Positions 27,340 through 37,581 of a DNA stretch of 64,000 bases are shown piece by piece. The stretch is from Alloprevotella sp. (GTDB lineage Bacteria > Bacteroidota > Bacteroidia > Bacteroidales > Bacteroidaceae): NCBI GenBank assembly GCA_050874425.1, contig JBNMKQ010000001.1, positions 9,016 to 73,015 on the forward strand. The letters run 5' to 3'. The notes below the pieces were generated by a model. It was not told the DNA's origin and ran no database searches. It saw only the letters and a program-made list of their open reading frames with translations. Every line of letters starts with the position of its first letter. The stretch's first letter is position 1. A program made the position numbers and the translations under genes.

Positions 27340-29433
27340 TTATCCGTTCATTGAAGCGATGAACTCTTGATTATCTTTTGTATCTTCTAACCGTTTCTTT
27401 ACATCGGTCATGGCTTCAATAGGCGTCATGTCTGAGATGTAGTTGCGCAAAATCCACATGCGCTTACGCGTAATCTCATCTTGCAACAAGTCGTCGCGAC
27501 GGGTAGAAGAAGCAACAATGTTGACGGCAGGGAAGATACGCTTGTTAGCCAATGAGCGGTCAAGCTGCAACTCCATATTGCCCGTACCCTTAAACTCTTC
27601 GAAGATGACTTCGTCCATCTTAGAACCTGTGTCGATAAGTGCGGTGGCAATGATAGTGAGTGAGCCTCCGCCTTCGATGTTACGTGCTGCACCGAAGAAG
27701 CGTTTGGGCTTTTGCAATGCATTTGCGTCAACACCACCAGAGAGTATCTTGCCTGATGTTGGTGCAACAGTGTTGTACGCACGAGCTAAACGGGTGATTG
27801 AGTCGAGGAATATAACGACATCGTGACCACACTCTACCATACGCTTGGCTTTGTCGAGAACGATTCCTGCTATCTTGACGTGACGCGCAGCGGGTTCGTC
27901 AAAGGTTGAGGCGATGACTTCGGCCTTTACGGTGCGCATCATGTCGGTAACTTCTTCAGGGCGTTCGTCGATGAGCAGCATCATGAGGTACGTGTCGGGG
28001 TGATTGCGAGCGATAGCGTTGGCAATGTCTTTCATCAACATTGTTTTACCCGTTTTGGGTTGTGCCACAATGAGGGCGCGCTGTCCCTTACCGATTGGCG
28101 TGAAGAGGTCAACTAATCGGCAAGAGGTGCTATCGCCTTTACCTGAACAAAGGTTGAACTTCTCCTCTGGGAAGAGCGGTACGAGGTGTTCGAACGAAAT
28201 GCGGTCGCGTACTTCGTCTGGCAATAATCCGTTAATGCGATCAATGTCAATGAGAGCAAAGAACTTCTCACCATCGCGTGGTATCTTTACTTGCCCTTCG
28301 ACTACATCGCCGGGCTTGAGTCCAAACTGTCGAATTTGTGTGGGCGAAACGTAGATATCGTCAGGTGATGCTAAATAGTTGTAGTCGGAAGAACGTAGGA
28401 AACCAAAGCCTTCGGGCACAATCTCAAGCACGCCTCGGCCAGAAAGTAAGTGGTCAGAGGGCATAGGCTGTTGTTCGGTAATAGGTACGAAGTCAGCCTG
28501 TGATGAGGGAATGTAAGCTTCTTGATTGTTGTTTGTCCTTTCAGTCCCCACATGCTTATTAGCCTTTTGTGCTAAATTGCCTTGTACAATGGGGTCGTCT
28601 TTAAAACGGCGGAATTTGGGACGGCTTGCAAATGCGTTGAAGCCTCCCTCTGCTGAGTTATTATCATAAAAGTCGTTGCCTGTTGTGTTTTGAGGCACGT
28701 TAAGTTCGCTGCCTTCAAAAATAACAGGAATGTCTTTGGTGATAATAAAGTCTTTCTGATTGTTCGGATTGTCAGCTATGTTGAGTTCGGGACGAACAAC
28801 ATCTTGCATCTTAAATGAAGGATTCTTATTGCCTAAAGTGCGTTTCACTTCTTCCATGTCGAGTACGTCGGGATTTTGCCCTTCTTCACTCGATTTGTTG
28901 TTACGCATTTGTTCGGCAATAAAGTCTGGCACTTCATCGGTTAGTGTTCCTTGGGTTGGGCGGTTTTCTTCTGATGTAGTTTCGCTTTCTACATTTTCTT
29001 CCTTTTCGGCAGTTTGCTGTGTCTCTTCGGCTTGCAAACGTGCAGCTTCTTCGGCTGCTTTAATTGCTGCCTCACGTGCAGCAATTTCTGCTTTTGACGG
29101 ACGACCACGTTTACGTTTAGGTAATTCTATGGCAATAGGTTGTGGCTTTCCTTCTTTTTCGGTCATATCGGGGGGTGTATTAGTCATGGGGTCTGTTTCT
29201 GTGTCGGGAAATAAAGATGGGTTTTGAATTTGTTCTGCTGCTTTAGTTGTTCGCTTTGAGCGTTTTTCAATCTTGCTCGTTGTTGAAACGCCTTCCGCTT
29301 GAGCATCTAAAATGGCATAAATAAGTTCGTCATTCGTCTTTTTGCTAATAGCTTTTATCTTTAGGCTTTTAGCGAGTGCTTTCAACTCTGACGTATCTTT
29401 TTCTTTTAATTGATCTTTTGTTAAGTTAGCCAT
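27340..29433 (-). CDS. rho: Transcription termination factor Rho with a long N-terminal insertion
   Basis: [63 protein letters not shown]. About 290 low-complexity residues follow the Rho_N helices. Confidence 0.97.
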   Translation of the reverse strand: MANLTKDQLKEKDTSELKALAKSLKIKAISKKTNDELIYAILDAQAEGVSTTSKIEKRSKRTTKAAEQIQNPSLFPDTETDPMTNTPPDMTEKEGKPQPIAIELPKRKRGRPSKAEIAAREAAIKAAEEAARLQAEETQQTAEKEENVESETTSEENRPTQGTLTDEVPDFIAEQMRNNKSSEEGQNPDVLDMEEVKRTLGNKNPSFKMQDVVRPELNIADNPNNQKDFIITKDIPVIFEGSELNVPQNTTGNDFYDNNSAEGGFNAFASRPKFRRFKDDPIVQGNLAQKANKHVGTERTNNNQEAYIPSSQADFVPITEQQPMPSDHLLSGRGVLEIVPEGFGFLRSSDYNYLASPDDIYVSPTQIRQFGLKPGDVVEGQVKIPRDGEKFFALIDIDRINGLLPDEVRDRISFEHLVPLFPEEKFNLCSGKGDSTSCRLVDLFTPIGKGQRALIVAQPKTGKTMLMKDIANAIARNHPDTYLMMLLIDERPEEVTDMMRTVKAEVIASTFDEPAARHVKIAGIVLDKAKRMVECGHDVVIFLDSITRLARAYNTVAPTSGKILSGGVDANALQKPKRFFGAARNIEGGGSLTIIATALIDTGSKMDEVIFEEFKGTGNMELQLDRSLANKRIFPAVNIVASSTRRDDLLQDEITRKRMWILRNYISDMTPIEAMTDVKKRLEDTKDNQEFIASMNG

Positions 29434-29718
29434 ACGTGCGTCATTATTTTGTGCTCATAAATTAAAAAGCATATTGAGCGTTGCGCGTTTTGGGCTGCAA
29501 AGCGTGCGTGTTATGCTATGAAATGTTGAAGCGTTATAAATGTATAACGCGATATGGCACAACAATTACTAATAAATTTTTATGAGATGAATTTCGTTGG
29601 GAATTGGAGGGCTGACGAGAAGTATTAATAATGCGTCAAGAAATAAGTGTTTCTGATTTTTGCAAAGAACCCTTATAATAGAAAGAGGTTCGTATACGTT
29701 CTTGCCCTTTAGTATGTG

Positions 29719-29726
29719 CAAATTTA
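29719..29726 (-). promoter_or_regulatory. -7 promoter box for rho, implying a leader of about 280 nt
   Basis: The minus strand reads TAAATTTG(CA). No closer consensus box was found before the ATG at 29433. Confidence 0.55.
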
Positions 29727-29838
29727 CAGATTATATTTTAAAAACAATCTGTTTGTGTCTAATAAAATATAAATTGTGTGCTATTTTATAGCAAAAGGGT
29801 GCTGCGACAGTGTGTTTTGCAAGGACGCAGCGTAGTCC

Positions 29839-29928
29839 AACTTTTACACCCCTAATATTGCAACTCTTGCTGTCATGGGCAATTCCAATCATTAGAGGTT
29901 GACTTTGTGTCCTACAAATTTGTATTTT
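29839..29928. repeat. 90-bp dispersed intergenic element, copy 1
   Basis: 84 of 90 positions identical to 52380-52469, same orientation. Confidence 0.92.
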
Positions 29929-29992
29929 CTTAAATGGCGCATGTTTGAACCTATAGGTTGCAGTGAATTTATGTAAGAAACTTCGTAGCTCA

Positions 29993-30538
29993 CTATTTGA
30001 TATAGTGATATACTTGATGGTGAATTATCCTTACAATGTTGTCAAAGTTGTGATTAGCAAAGTTTACATCGTTACACATGATGTTCAGTGGAAAAGAAGA
30101 GCCTCCTTTATGATAGGGGGGTTGTAAGTAGGGATGGTCTATGATTTGAAAACGATGCTTTTTGTAAAACAAGATTCGTCTATGAGTGGTGTCGTCTGTG
30201 TCGGGTTCTACCTCGAGTATGATTGGATATAGCGCGCGTGTTGCTGTAAAGAGTTCTAACGCAGCACTGCCAATGCCATTTCCTCGTTGCTGAAGCGATA
30301 TGGCAAAGTGTTCGATGTAGTGAAAAGACTCAAATGTCCAATAGCAAAGTATTCCTTGAAAGATTTGGTCTTGCTTAATGCACAGAATGTTAAATAGTGG
30401 ATTTTGCTGGTATTGGAGTAGCCACTCGGACGTATTGCGACGTTCTTCTATAGGAAAGGCATATTCATATAGTCGACACGCGTATTGATAGTCTACATCT
30501 TTCAATGGCTCAAATATAATATTATTCGTTGGTGTCAT
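29993..30538 (-). CDS. GNAT family N-acetyltransferase
   Basis: LYEYAFPIEERR, YIEHFAISLQQRGNGIGS (acetyl-CoA motif), IILEVEP, RRILFY, YLQPPY. Confidence 0.88.
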   Translation of the reverse strand: MTPTNNIIFEPLKDVDYQYACRLYEYAFPIEERRNTSEWLLQYQQNPLFNILCIKQDQIFQGILCYWTFESFHYIEHFAISLQQRGNGIGSAALELFTATRALYPIILEVEPDTDDTTHRRILFYKKHRFQIIDHPYLQPPYHKGGSSFPLNIMCNDVNFANHNFDNIVRIIHHQVYHYIK

Positions 30539-31160
30539 TGCTTATAAATTTTAATGTTAATATTTTAGATAGTCTTTCACGTAAGACTGACTCGTCATCT
30601 TTCCTAATCTCAATAGTTAGAAATGTTCCTTGTTCATCATAGTCGCGTTGTGTGATGTCAGCCTTTGCTTCTCGAATAAAACGCATGGCGATGTCTGCTT
30701 CAGTGTATGGAGCATAAATGATAAATGTTTGGGTAACGATTTTTTCTATTTTTTCTGCTTCATCTAAGGCTTCTCCAATGGCGGTTTTATAAGCTACTCC
30801 CAAAGGGCCTGTACCTAACTTTACTCCTCCGAAATAGCGTACGACAATTCCTAACGTGTATGTAAGATTGCGCGAAAGAATTTGTCCTAATATGGGGCGC
30901 CCCGCAGTACCGCTTGGTTCGCCATCGTCGTTAGCTCGTGTGATTTCGGCTTCATTTCCTATAACATAGGCATAGCACACGTGGCGGGCATCATAGTATT
31001 CTTTCTTATAAAGAGACACCATTTCCTTAGCCTCCTCTTCAGAGGCAACGTGTAGGGCGAAGGCTAAAAATTTTGATCGCTTCTCGGAAAGTTGAGTTTC
31101 GGCAGATGTCTTTAAAGTTAAGTAAGTGTCCATCGTTGTTTGGTGAAACGTAAAAGGCAT
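30522..31160 (-). CDS. YigZ / IMPACT family protein
   Basis: EKRSKFLAFA, YYDARHVCYAY, DDGEPSGTAGRPIL, VVRYFGGVKLGTG. The true start is probably MDTYLT. Confidence 0.92.
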   Translation of the reverse strand: MPFTFHQTTMDTYLTLKTSAETQLSEKRSKFLAFALHVASEEEAKEMVSLYKKEYYDARHVCYAYVIGNEAEITRANDDGEPSGTAGRPILGQILSRNLTYTLGIVVRYFGGVKLGTGPLGVAYKTAIGEALDEAEKIEKIVTQTFIIYAPYTEADIAMRFIREAKADITQRDYDEQGTFLTIEIRKDDESVLRERLSKILTLKFISNDTNE

Positions 31161-31210
31161 ACAAGTGGCTTGCTTGTATGCCTTTTATAATGTATAAATG
31201 TCAGTTACTC

Positions 31211-31666
31211 TTAGTTGAAGTGGTAGAGGAAGGTTGCAATACCCGAGAGTGCAGGCTTCTTCTGATCTTTGATTTCAATAGTGAATTTGATCTCAACCTT
31301 GCAGATACCGCGAAGGTTAGCAATGCTATGCAGTGTAGCAACCAATCTAATACTTTGTCCGCTGAGCACGGCTTGGCCATATTTCATCTTGTCCATGCCG
31401 TAGTTTACCATCATCTTGAGGTTGTTTACCTTAATGATTTGTTCCCACATGTAGGGTAGGAGTGAAAGGGTCAGATAACCGTGTACAATGGTTTGACCAA
31501 ATGGACCATTCTTGGCCTTTTCAGGGTCAACATGAATCCATTGGTGGTCAAGTGTAGCATCGGCAAAGGCATTGATGCGGTCTTGGTCAACTTCGAGCCA
31601 TTCAGACTTGCCAAGTTCTTGACCAAGGTATTTCTCAAATTCTTCGTAAGAGTTGATAGTCAACAT
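31211..31666 (-). CDS. MaoC family dehydratase
   Basis: FADATLDHQWIHVDPEKA, GQTIVHGYLTLSL, VNYGMDKMKY. Confidence 0.9.
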   Translation of the reverse strand: MLTINSYEEFEKYLGQELGKSEWLEVDQDRINAFADATLDHQWIHVDPEKAKNGPFGQTIVHGYLTLSLLPYMWEQIIKVNNLKMMVNYGMDKMKYGQAVLSGQSIRLVATLHSIANLRGICKVEIKFTIEIKDQKKPALSGIATFLYHFN

Positions 31667-31712
31667 GTTGTGTATGTGTATTTAAATAATAAAACTAAGA
31701 GAATACGATGCT

Positions 31713-32681
31713 TTAATTGTTTTGCTGTGACGATATTTCATCCATCGTAAGTGATGTGATAAGCATTTGGTCGTTGATAACAGCGGTACACTTGTACTGA
31801 CCAAAAGTTTTGCCTTCATTGTCACGTTCGATGTGTTGGTCTACCGTGAAGGTGGCGACGTACGATGCTCCATTGCGCTTTATTTGAAAGTCGCGATTGA
31901 CATTGAATTGGCAAGACTGAATGTGCTCATTGAACATAGCGTGTATGGTCGAAAGCACATTTGACTTGTTTACGTTGCTATGCTTAAGGAACTTGTCCAT
32001 AGTCGAAGCAATGTTAGAGCAAATACGGTTGTCATCGAGTGATGCAAATCCGTTGAAGAATTCCGTAACAATGCTGCTGATTTGTTGGCGGTCTTGTTCG
32101 TCCACCTCCTGATCGCGCAGCGTACCCTGTGCGATAGATGCTTCAGAGGCATAGCGTCCGTCAGGGTGTGAGTCAAGGTAATGTTGGTATGCTTCAGGTG
32201 TGCCTTGCTTTTGTGCAATTATGAAATCTAATGAGTCAATCTTAATGTCGCACAAACGGCCATACTGAATGTCGTTGTAGGTGTTCTTAAAATTGATAAA
32301 GTCATTAATATTGTCAGAGAGAGCAATCGTGTTCCACTTAGCCAACATCTCTTCTAACTTTGTTAAGCGCTGACGTACTTCGTCAGCATGCTCACTGTTA
32401 GGATATTTTTCAAGAAAGTCTTGATAGTCTTGTGGATTGTCGTTGTTTTCGAGGATTTGGTAAGCCATCTCCTCTTGTGATGCAGCATTGTTTGCACAAA
32501 CGAACCATGCGCCACCACCGATGAGCAACACAACTAATACGGCTATGATAATATAAAGCGTTTTCTTATTACGTTTAGGCGGTTGTTGCGTTGGTGCCTC
32601 GGTAGGAGAGGACTGAGGAAATGTTGCTTGTGCATTCTCAGCTTGTTGAACTTGTTCCTGATTTAAATTTTGTTGTTCCAT
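31713..32681 (-). CDS. Membrane-anchored hypothetical protein with helical Y..(F/Y)L..(Y/H)P repeats
   Basis: Q/P-rich N-terminus, one TM helix (IIIAVLVVLLIGGGAWFV), repeats YQDFLEKYPNSEHADEV and YQHYLDSHPDGRYASEA. A TAACTTTG box lies at 32714-32721 (minus). Confidence 0.7.
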   Translation of the reverse strand: MEQQNLNQEQVQQAENAQATFPQSSPTEAPTQQPPKRNKKTLYIIIAVLVVLLIGGGAWFVCANNAASQEEMAYQILENNDNPQDYQDFLEKYPNSEHADEVRQRLTKLEEMLAKWNTIALSDNINDFINFKNTYNDIQYGRLCDIKIDSLDFIIAQKQGTPEAYQHYLDSHPDGRYASEASIAQGTLRDQEVDEQDRQQISSIVTEFFNGFASLDDNRICSNIASTMDKFLKHSNVNKSNVLSTIHAMFNEHIQSCQFNVNRDFQIKRNGASYVATFTVDQHIERDNEGKTFGQYKCTAVINDQMLITSLTMDEISSQQNN

Positions 32682-32848
32682 ATTGATTAATTATACAATG
32701 AACTTTTGGTGTGCAAAGTTACTGCAACGTATTTTAAGAGCAAAGAGAAAGACTTATTTTTCAGGCAATACGCTAAATGAAAGGGTTAAAATATCGTATT
32801 ATTCGTTTTAAATATGTATTTTTGCGCGAAAATATATTTTTTTTATTC

Positions 32849-34201
32849 ATGAAAACCTTATACAAGATTAAGAAGGGTTTAGACCTTACACTGAAAGGTG
32901 AGGCAGCGCTTCAACTCGCAACGGCTCAAATGAGTGGTGAGTATGCTGTGATGCCTACAGACTTTCCTGGTATCGTTCCTCGCACGGTTGTGAAAGAAGG
33001 CGATAGCGTTTTAGCGGGTCAAACCTTGTTCGTTGACAAAGCTACGGAACGCATACATTTTGTGTCGCCTGTTAGTGGAACCGTAGTGAGTGTTGAGCGT
33101 GGTGAACGTCGTAAGTTGCTTCGCTTCCGTATAAAAGCCAATGGTACACAAGAGTTTAAAGACTTTGGAGTGAAGGATTGGTCTAATATGTCGGCTGAAG
33201 ATGTGAAGGCATTAATGCTTGAAAGTGGTTTGTTTGCCTTCTTGCGTCAGCGTCCTTACGACGTTATAGCTAATCCTACTGATGCACCTAAGGCTATCTT
33301 TGTTTCAACCTTTAGCAAAATGCCTTTAGCTGCAAACTTTAGCTTTGTATCAAAAGGTTTGGAACAAGACTTTAAGCTTGGTGTGCGTACATTAGCTAAG
33401 ATTGCCAAAGTACATTTAGGAATTTGTCCAGACCAAATCAACTCAGAATTATTGCCCGTTGAAGAGGCAGAAGTTAGTGTATTCGATGGGCCCAACCCTT
33501 CGGGTAACGTTGGTGTGCATATTAACCATGTGTCACCTGTTAATAAAGGTGAGGTTGTTTGGACAATGGGCGCTGAAATGGTGATTGTCTTGGGACGTTT
33601 GGTGCGTACAAGAAAAGTATCGCTCACTCGTCGCGTAGCCGTTGCTGGTGCTTGTGTAGGTCAACCACAATATGTTGAAACCTTAATAGGTGCTCCTTTG
33701 CGTGATTTGATTGGCAAGCAGCTGAATGCTACGGAGCATGTACGTATTATAAATGGTAATCCGCTCGTAGGCTATAAATCAAGCATTGATGACTTTTTGG
33801 GAGCATTTAGCACAGAAGTTTGCGCCATTCCTGAGGGCGACGATGTTGATGAAGCCTTTGGTTGGATAGCACCACGCTTTAACGACTTCTCAACTAGTCA
33901 TAGTTATTTTTCATGGCTCTTGGGTAAGAAGCGTGCTTATAACCTTGATTGCCGTATAAAGGGTGGTGAACGCCACATGATAATGAGTGCGGAGTATGAG
34001 CGTGTATTCCCTATGGATATTTACCCCAGCTATTTAATTAAGGCCATTATTACAGGCGATATTGATCGTCAAGAGGCTTTAGGTATTTACGAAGTGGCTC
34101 CTGAGGACTTCGCTGTAGCTGAATTTATAGACTCTTCAAAACTTGAGCTGCAACGCATCGTGCGTGAAGGTCTTGACATTTTAAGAAAAGAAAACGCATA
34201 A
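32849..34201 (+). CDS. nqrA: Na+-translocating NADH:quinone reductase subunit A (start at MKTLYKIKKG; the ORF-track start 32777 precedes the TATTTTTG promoter box at 32817-32824)
   Basis: KIKKGLDLTLKG, SPVSGTV, LRQRPYDVIA, GPNPSGNVG, LGIYEVAPEDFA. Confidence 0.95.
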   Translation: MKTLYKIKKGLDLTLKGEAALQLATAQMSGEYAVMPTDFPGIVPRTVVKEGDSVLAGQTLFVDKATERIHFVSPVSGTVVSVERGERRKLLRFRIKANGTQEFKDFGVKDWSNMSAEDVKALMLESGLFAFLRQRPYDVIANPTDAPKAIFVSTFSKMPLAANFSFVSKGLEQDFKLGVRTLAKIAKVHLGICPDQINSELLPVEEAEVSVFDGPNPSGNVGVHINHVSPVNKGEVVWTMGAEMVIVLGRLVRTRKVSLTRRVAVAGACVGQPQYVETLIGAPLRDLIGKQLNATEHVRIINGNPLVGYKSSIDDFLGAFSTEVCAIPEGDDVDEAFGWIAPRFNDFSTSHSYFSWLLGKKRAYNLDCRIKGGERHMIMSAEYERVFPMDIYPSYLIKAIITGDIDRQEALGIYEVAPEDFAVAEFIDSSKLELQRIVREGLDILRKENA

Positions 34202-34205
34202 AAAT

Positions 34206-35372
34206 ATGATAAAAGATATTTTTGATAAGTTACGTCCCAATTTTGAAGAGGGTGGTAAGTTAAAGGCATTCCATTCTGTGTTTGAGGGCTTTGAAAGCTT
34301 TATGCTTGTGCCCAACACAACTTCACGTAATGGCGTGAGCATTCATGATGCAATTGACTCAAAGCGTATTATGTCGTTTGTGGTGATTGCGTTGTTGCCT
34401 GCTCTGTTGTTTGGTATGTATAATATTGGCTATCAGAATGCAGCTGCGGCTGGTAAATTAGCTGAAGCAAGCTTTTGGTCAATGTTCTTCTATGGCTTTT
34501 TACTCGTTTTGCCCAAGCTCATCGTATCGTACGTCGTAGGTTTGGGTATTGAGTTTGCCGTTGCACAGTGGAAGCATGAAGAAATTCAAGAAGGCTATCT
34601 CGTTACGGGTATTTTAATTCCTTTAATAGTTCCTGTAGGTTGCCCCTTATGGATGATTGCTTTAGCAGTAGCTTTCTCAGTAATTTTCTGCAAGGAAATA
34701 TTTGGCGGTACGGGTATGAATATCTTCAACCCAGCTTTGGTTGCACGTGCATTCCTATTCTTCTCTTATCCTACTAGCATGAGTGGTGATAAGGTGTGGG
34801 TTGCAGGCGAGCAAATTTGTGGATTGGGTTATGCTTTGCCCGATGGTGCCACAATGGCAACTCCTTTAGGACAAGCTGCGGCAGGCATTGCTCCAAATGC
34901 AAGCCTGAGCGATATGATATTAGGATTTATTCCTGGTTCTATCGGTGAAACTTCTGTGATAGCCATAGCTTTAGGTGCTATTATATTACTTTATACTCAA
35001 ATTGCTTCATGGCGCACTATGATTAGTGTGTTTGTTGGTGGTGCAATCGTAGCTGTATTGTTTAATATGATAGGTCTTACCAACAATGAGGTAGCACAAA
35101 TGCCTTGGTATGAACATATCGTAACGGGTGGTTTCTGCTTCGGTGCTGTGTTTATGGCAACCGACCCTGTTACAAGTGCACGTACAGAAAAGGGTAAGTA
35201 TATTTATGGTTTCCTTATTGGCGCATTGGCTATCTTAATACGTGTGCTTAATCCAGGGTATCCTGAAGGCATGATGCTTGCAATCTTGTTTATGAATATG
35301 TTTGCTCCGTTAATTGACTACTGCTTTGTTCAGAGCAACATCAACAAACGTTTAAAGCGAGCAAGTAAGTAA
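34206..35372 (+). CDS. nqrB: Na+-NQR subunit B
   Basis: HDAIDSKRIM, KEIFGGTGMNIFNPAL, DGATMATPL (FMN Thr), PGSIGETS, YPEGMMLAILFMN. Confidence 0.96.
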   Translation: MIKDIFDKLRPNFEEGGKLKAFHSVFEGFESFMLVPNTTSRNGVSIHDAIDSKRIMSFVVIALLPALLFGMYNIGYQNAAAAGKLAEASFWSMFFYGFLLVLPKLIVSYVVGLGIEFAVAQWKHEEIQEGYLVTGILIPLIVPVGCPLWMIALAVAFSVIFCKEIFGGTGMNIFNPALVARAFLFFSYPTSMSGDKVWVAGEQICGLGYALPDGATMATPLGQAAAGIAPNASLSDMILGFIPGSIGETSVIAIALGAIILLYTQIASWRTMISVFVGGAIVAVLFNMIGLTNNEVAQMPWYEHIVTGGFCFGAVFMATDPVTSARTEKGKYIYGFLIGALAILIRVLNPGYPEGMMLAILFMNMFAPLIDYCFVQSNINKRLKRASK

Positions 35373-35439
35373 TAGTCGTGTAAGAAAAGACTAATACATT
35401 GTGTTTAGCCTTTTTGTAGACTCTTAAATGATAAGAATA

Positions 35440-36156
35440 ATGAATACGAATAAAAATTCATACACAATAATTTATGCTGCGGTAATGGTCGTTATCGTTG
35501 CATTCTTGCTTGCCTTCGTTTCATCAGCGTTAAAGCCCACACAAGATCAGAATGTTGCACTTGATAAGAAAAAGCAAATCTTGGCAGCACTCAATATTCG
35601 TGGCTTGGAAAGTGCGAGTGACATCGAAGCAAAGTACAATGAGTATGTTGTAGCCGATATGATTGTAAAGGCAGATGGCTCAGTTGTAGCTGAAGGTAAG
35701 AATAAGGAAACTGACGGCTTTAAAGTAGAGAATAAGTCCATCTCTGCTGATTGTCTTCCCGTTTATGTTTGCAAGGTTAATAACGAAACGAAGTATCTTG
35801 TTCCGATGACGGGACGCGGTCTTTGGGGTGGCCTTTGGGGCTATATGGCTATTAACGCTGATTTGCAAACAGTTTATGGCGCATACTTCTCGCATGAGAG
35901 CGAAACGGCGGGCCTTGGTGCTTTAATTGCTGAAGAGAAATTCCAAGATCAATTTAAGGGCAAACACCTTTTTGCTGCTGATGATGCGCAAAATGTAGCT
36001 CTTACAGTTGTAAAGAACGGTAAGGTTGAGCCTGGAAAGGAAAATACACAAGTTGATGGCATTACAGGTGCTACGCTCACGTCAAATGGTGTAGCCAATA
36101 TGGTGCATGACGGCTTACAACAATATTTAGGCTACTTTCAAACGCTTAATAAATAA
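35440..36156 (+). CDS. nqrC: Na+-NQR subunit C
   Basis: GRGLWGGLWG, HESETAGLG, VDGITGATLTSNGV (FMN Thr). Confidence 0.95.
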   Translation: MNTNKNSYTIIYAAVMVVIVAFLLAFVSSALKPTQDQNVALDKKKQILAALNIRGLESASDIEAKYNEYVVADMIVKADGSVVAEGKNKETDGFKVENKSISADCLPVYVCKVNNETKYLVPMTGRGLWGGLWGYMAINADLQTVYGAYFSHESETAGLGALIAEEKFQDQFKGKHLFAADDAQNVALTVVKNGKVEPGKENTQVDGITGATLTSNGVANMVHDGLQQYLGYFQTLNK

Positions 36157-36243
36157 TTTTGAAAAAGGATAATCATCATTGCCAAACATTAAAGCGGCAA
36201 TTATGGTTGCTCTTATAATAATCATTTAAACACTCTTTATAAA

Positions 36244-36885
36244 ATGAGTTTGTTTTCAAAAGAAAATAGAGAAGCACTTACGGGGCCTTTAAACTTGAAT
36301 AACCCAGTGGCAGTTCAGGTGTTAGGTATCTGTTCTGCTTTAGCCGTCACTTCGCAGCTTGAACCTGCTATTGTGATGGGGCTTTCGGTTACGGTTATTA
36401 CAGCCTTTTCGAATGTTATAATATCATTGCTTCGCAAGACAATCCCAAGCCGCATTCGTATTATTGTGCAGTTGGTTGTAGTCGCAACGTTGGTAACCTT
36501 AGTGTCGCAGGTATTAAAGGCATTTGCCTACGATGTTAGCGTACAATTGTCCGTTTATGTAGGTTTGATTATTACGAACTGTATCTTGATGGGCCGTCTT
36601 GAGGCTTTTGCCATGATGAATGGCCCTTGGGAATCATTCCTTGATGGTATAGGTAATGGTTTGGGCTATGCATGGGTGCTTGTGGCAGTAGGTTTTGTTC
36701 GCGAACTTTTTGGCAGCGGAACGTTGCTTGGCTTGCGCGTTATTCCCGAAAGTATCTATGCTTCAAACGGAGGTTTCTACGTAAACAACGGTATGATGAC
36801 AATGCCTGCAATGGCGCTTATATTGCTTGGATGCCTTATTTGGGCGCATCGTGCTTATAACGAGCGTGAAACAAAAAAGAAGTAA
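36244..36885 (+). CDS. nqrD: Na+-NQR subunit D
   Basis: NNPVAVQVLGICSALAVT, YVGLIITNCILMGRLEAFA. Confidence 0.96.
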   Translation: MSLFSKENREALTGPLNLNNPVAVQVLGICSALAVTSQLEPAIVMGLSVTVITAFSNVIISLLRKTIPSRIRIIVQLVVVATLVTLVSQVLKAFAYDVSVQLSVYVGLIITNCILMGRLEAFAMMNGPWESFLDGIGNGLGYAWVLVAVGFVRELFGSGTLLGLRVIPESIYASNGGFYVNNGMMTMPAMALILLGCLIWAHRAYNERETKKK

Positions 36886-36938
36886 TAAAAAACGATTAAG
36901 GGTGTATTGCTTATGCCCTTAGCTATAAAGAAAAAACA

Positions 36939-37565
36939 ATGGAACATTTGTTAAGTCTGTTCGTCCGCTCTATATTTGTGGACAATATGATATTTGCTTT
37001 CTTCTTGGGAATGTGTTCATATTTGGCCGTTTCGAAGAACGTAAAGACAGCGCTCGGACTTGGTGTGGCCGTTATCTTTGTGTTGATAATTACCGTGCCT
37101 GTTGATTATTTGTTACAAACAAAGGTGTTAGGTCCTGATTGTATAATGCCAGGTGTAGATTTGTCATTCCTATCATTCATTCTGTTTATTGCAGTTATTG
37201 CAGGTATCGTGCAGTTGGTTGAAATGGTAGTAGAACGTTTTTCACCATCACTCTACGCAGCTTTGGGTATATTCTTACCGCTAATCGCTGTAAACTGTGC
37301 CATTATGGGTGCTAGCCTTTTTATGCAACAACGTATTGGCATGGAGCCAGGTAGTACACAATACATCGGCAATGTGGCTGATGCTTTTGTTTACGCATTA
37401 GGTTCAGGTATTGGTTGGTTATTAGCGATTGTAGCTTTAGCTGCTATTCGTGAAAAGATGGCTTATACCGATGTGCCCAAGCCGCTTCAAGGATTAGGCA
37501 TCACATTTATTACTGTAGGACTCATGGCTATGGCTTTTATGTGCTTCTCAGGTTTGAATATTTAA
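36939..37565 (+). CDS. nqrE: Na+-NQR subunit E
   Basis: [38 protein letters not shown]. Confidence 0.96.
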   Translation: MEHLLSLFVRSIFVDNMIFAFFLGMCSYLAVSKNVKTALGLGVAVIFVLIITVPVDYLLQTKVLGPDCIMPGVDLSFLSFILFIAVIAGIVQLVEMVVERFSPSLYAALGIFLPLIAVNCAIMGASLFMQQRIGMEPGSTQYIGNVADAFVYALGSGIGWLLAIVALAAIREKMAYTDVPKPLQGLGITFITVGLMAMAFMCFSGLNI

Positions 37566-37581
37566 TCACGGCAAGGAAACA

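Noticed and set aside
32777-32848. N-terminal extensions given by the ORF track for nqrA (and similarly rpiB, the kinase, the regulator, gdhA, gltB)
   Set aside because: The extensions overlap promoter boxes or AT-rich leaders and precede the family-typical first residues, so downstream ATGs were preferred.
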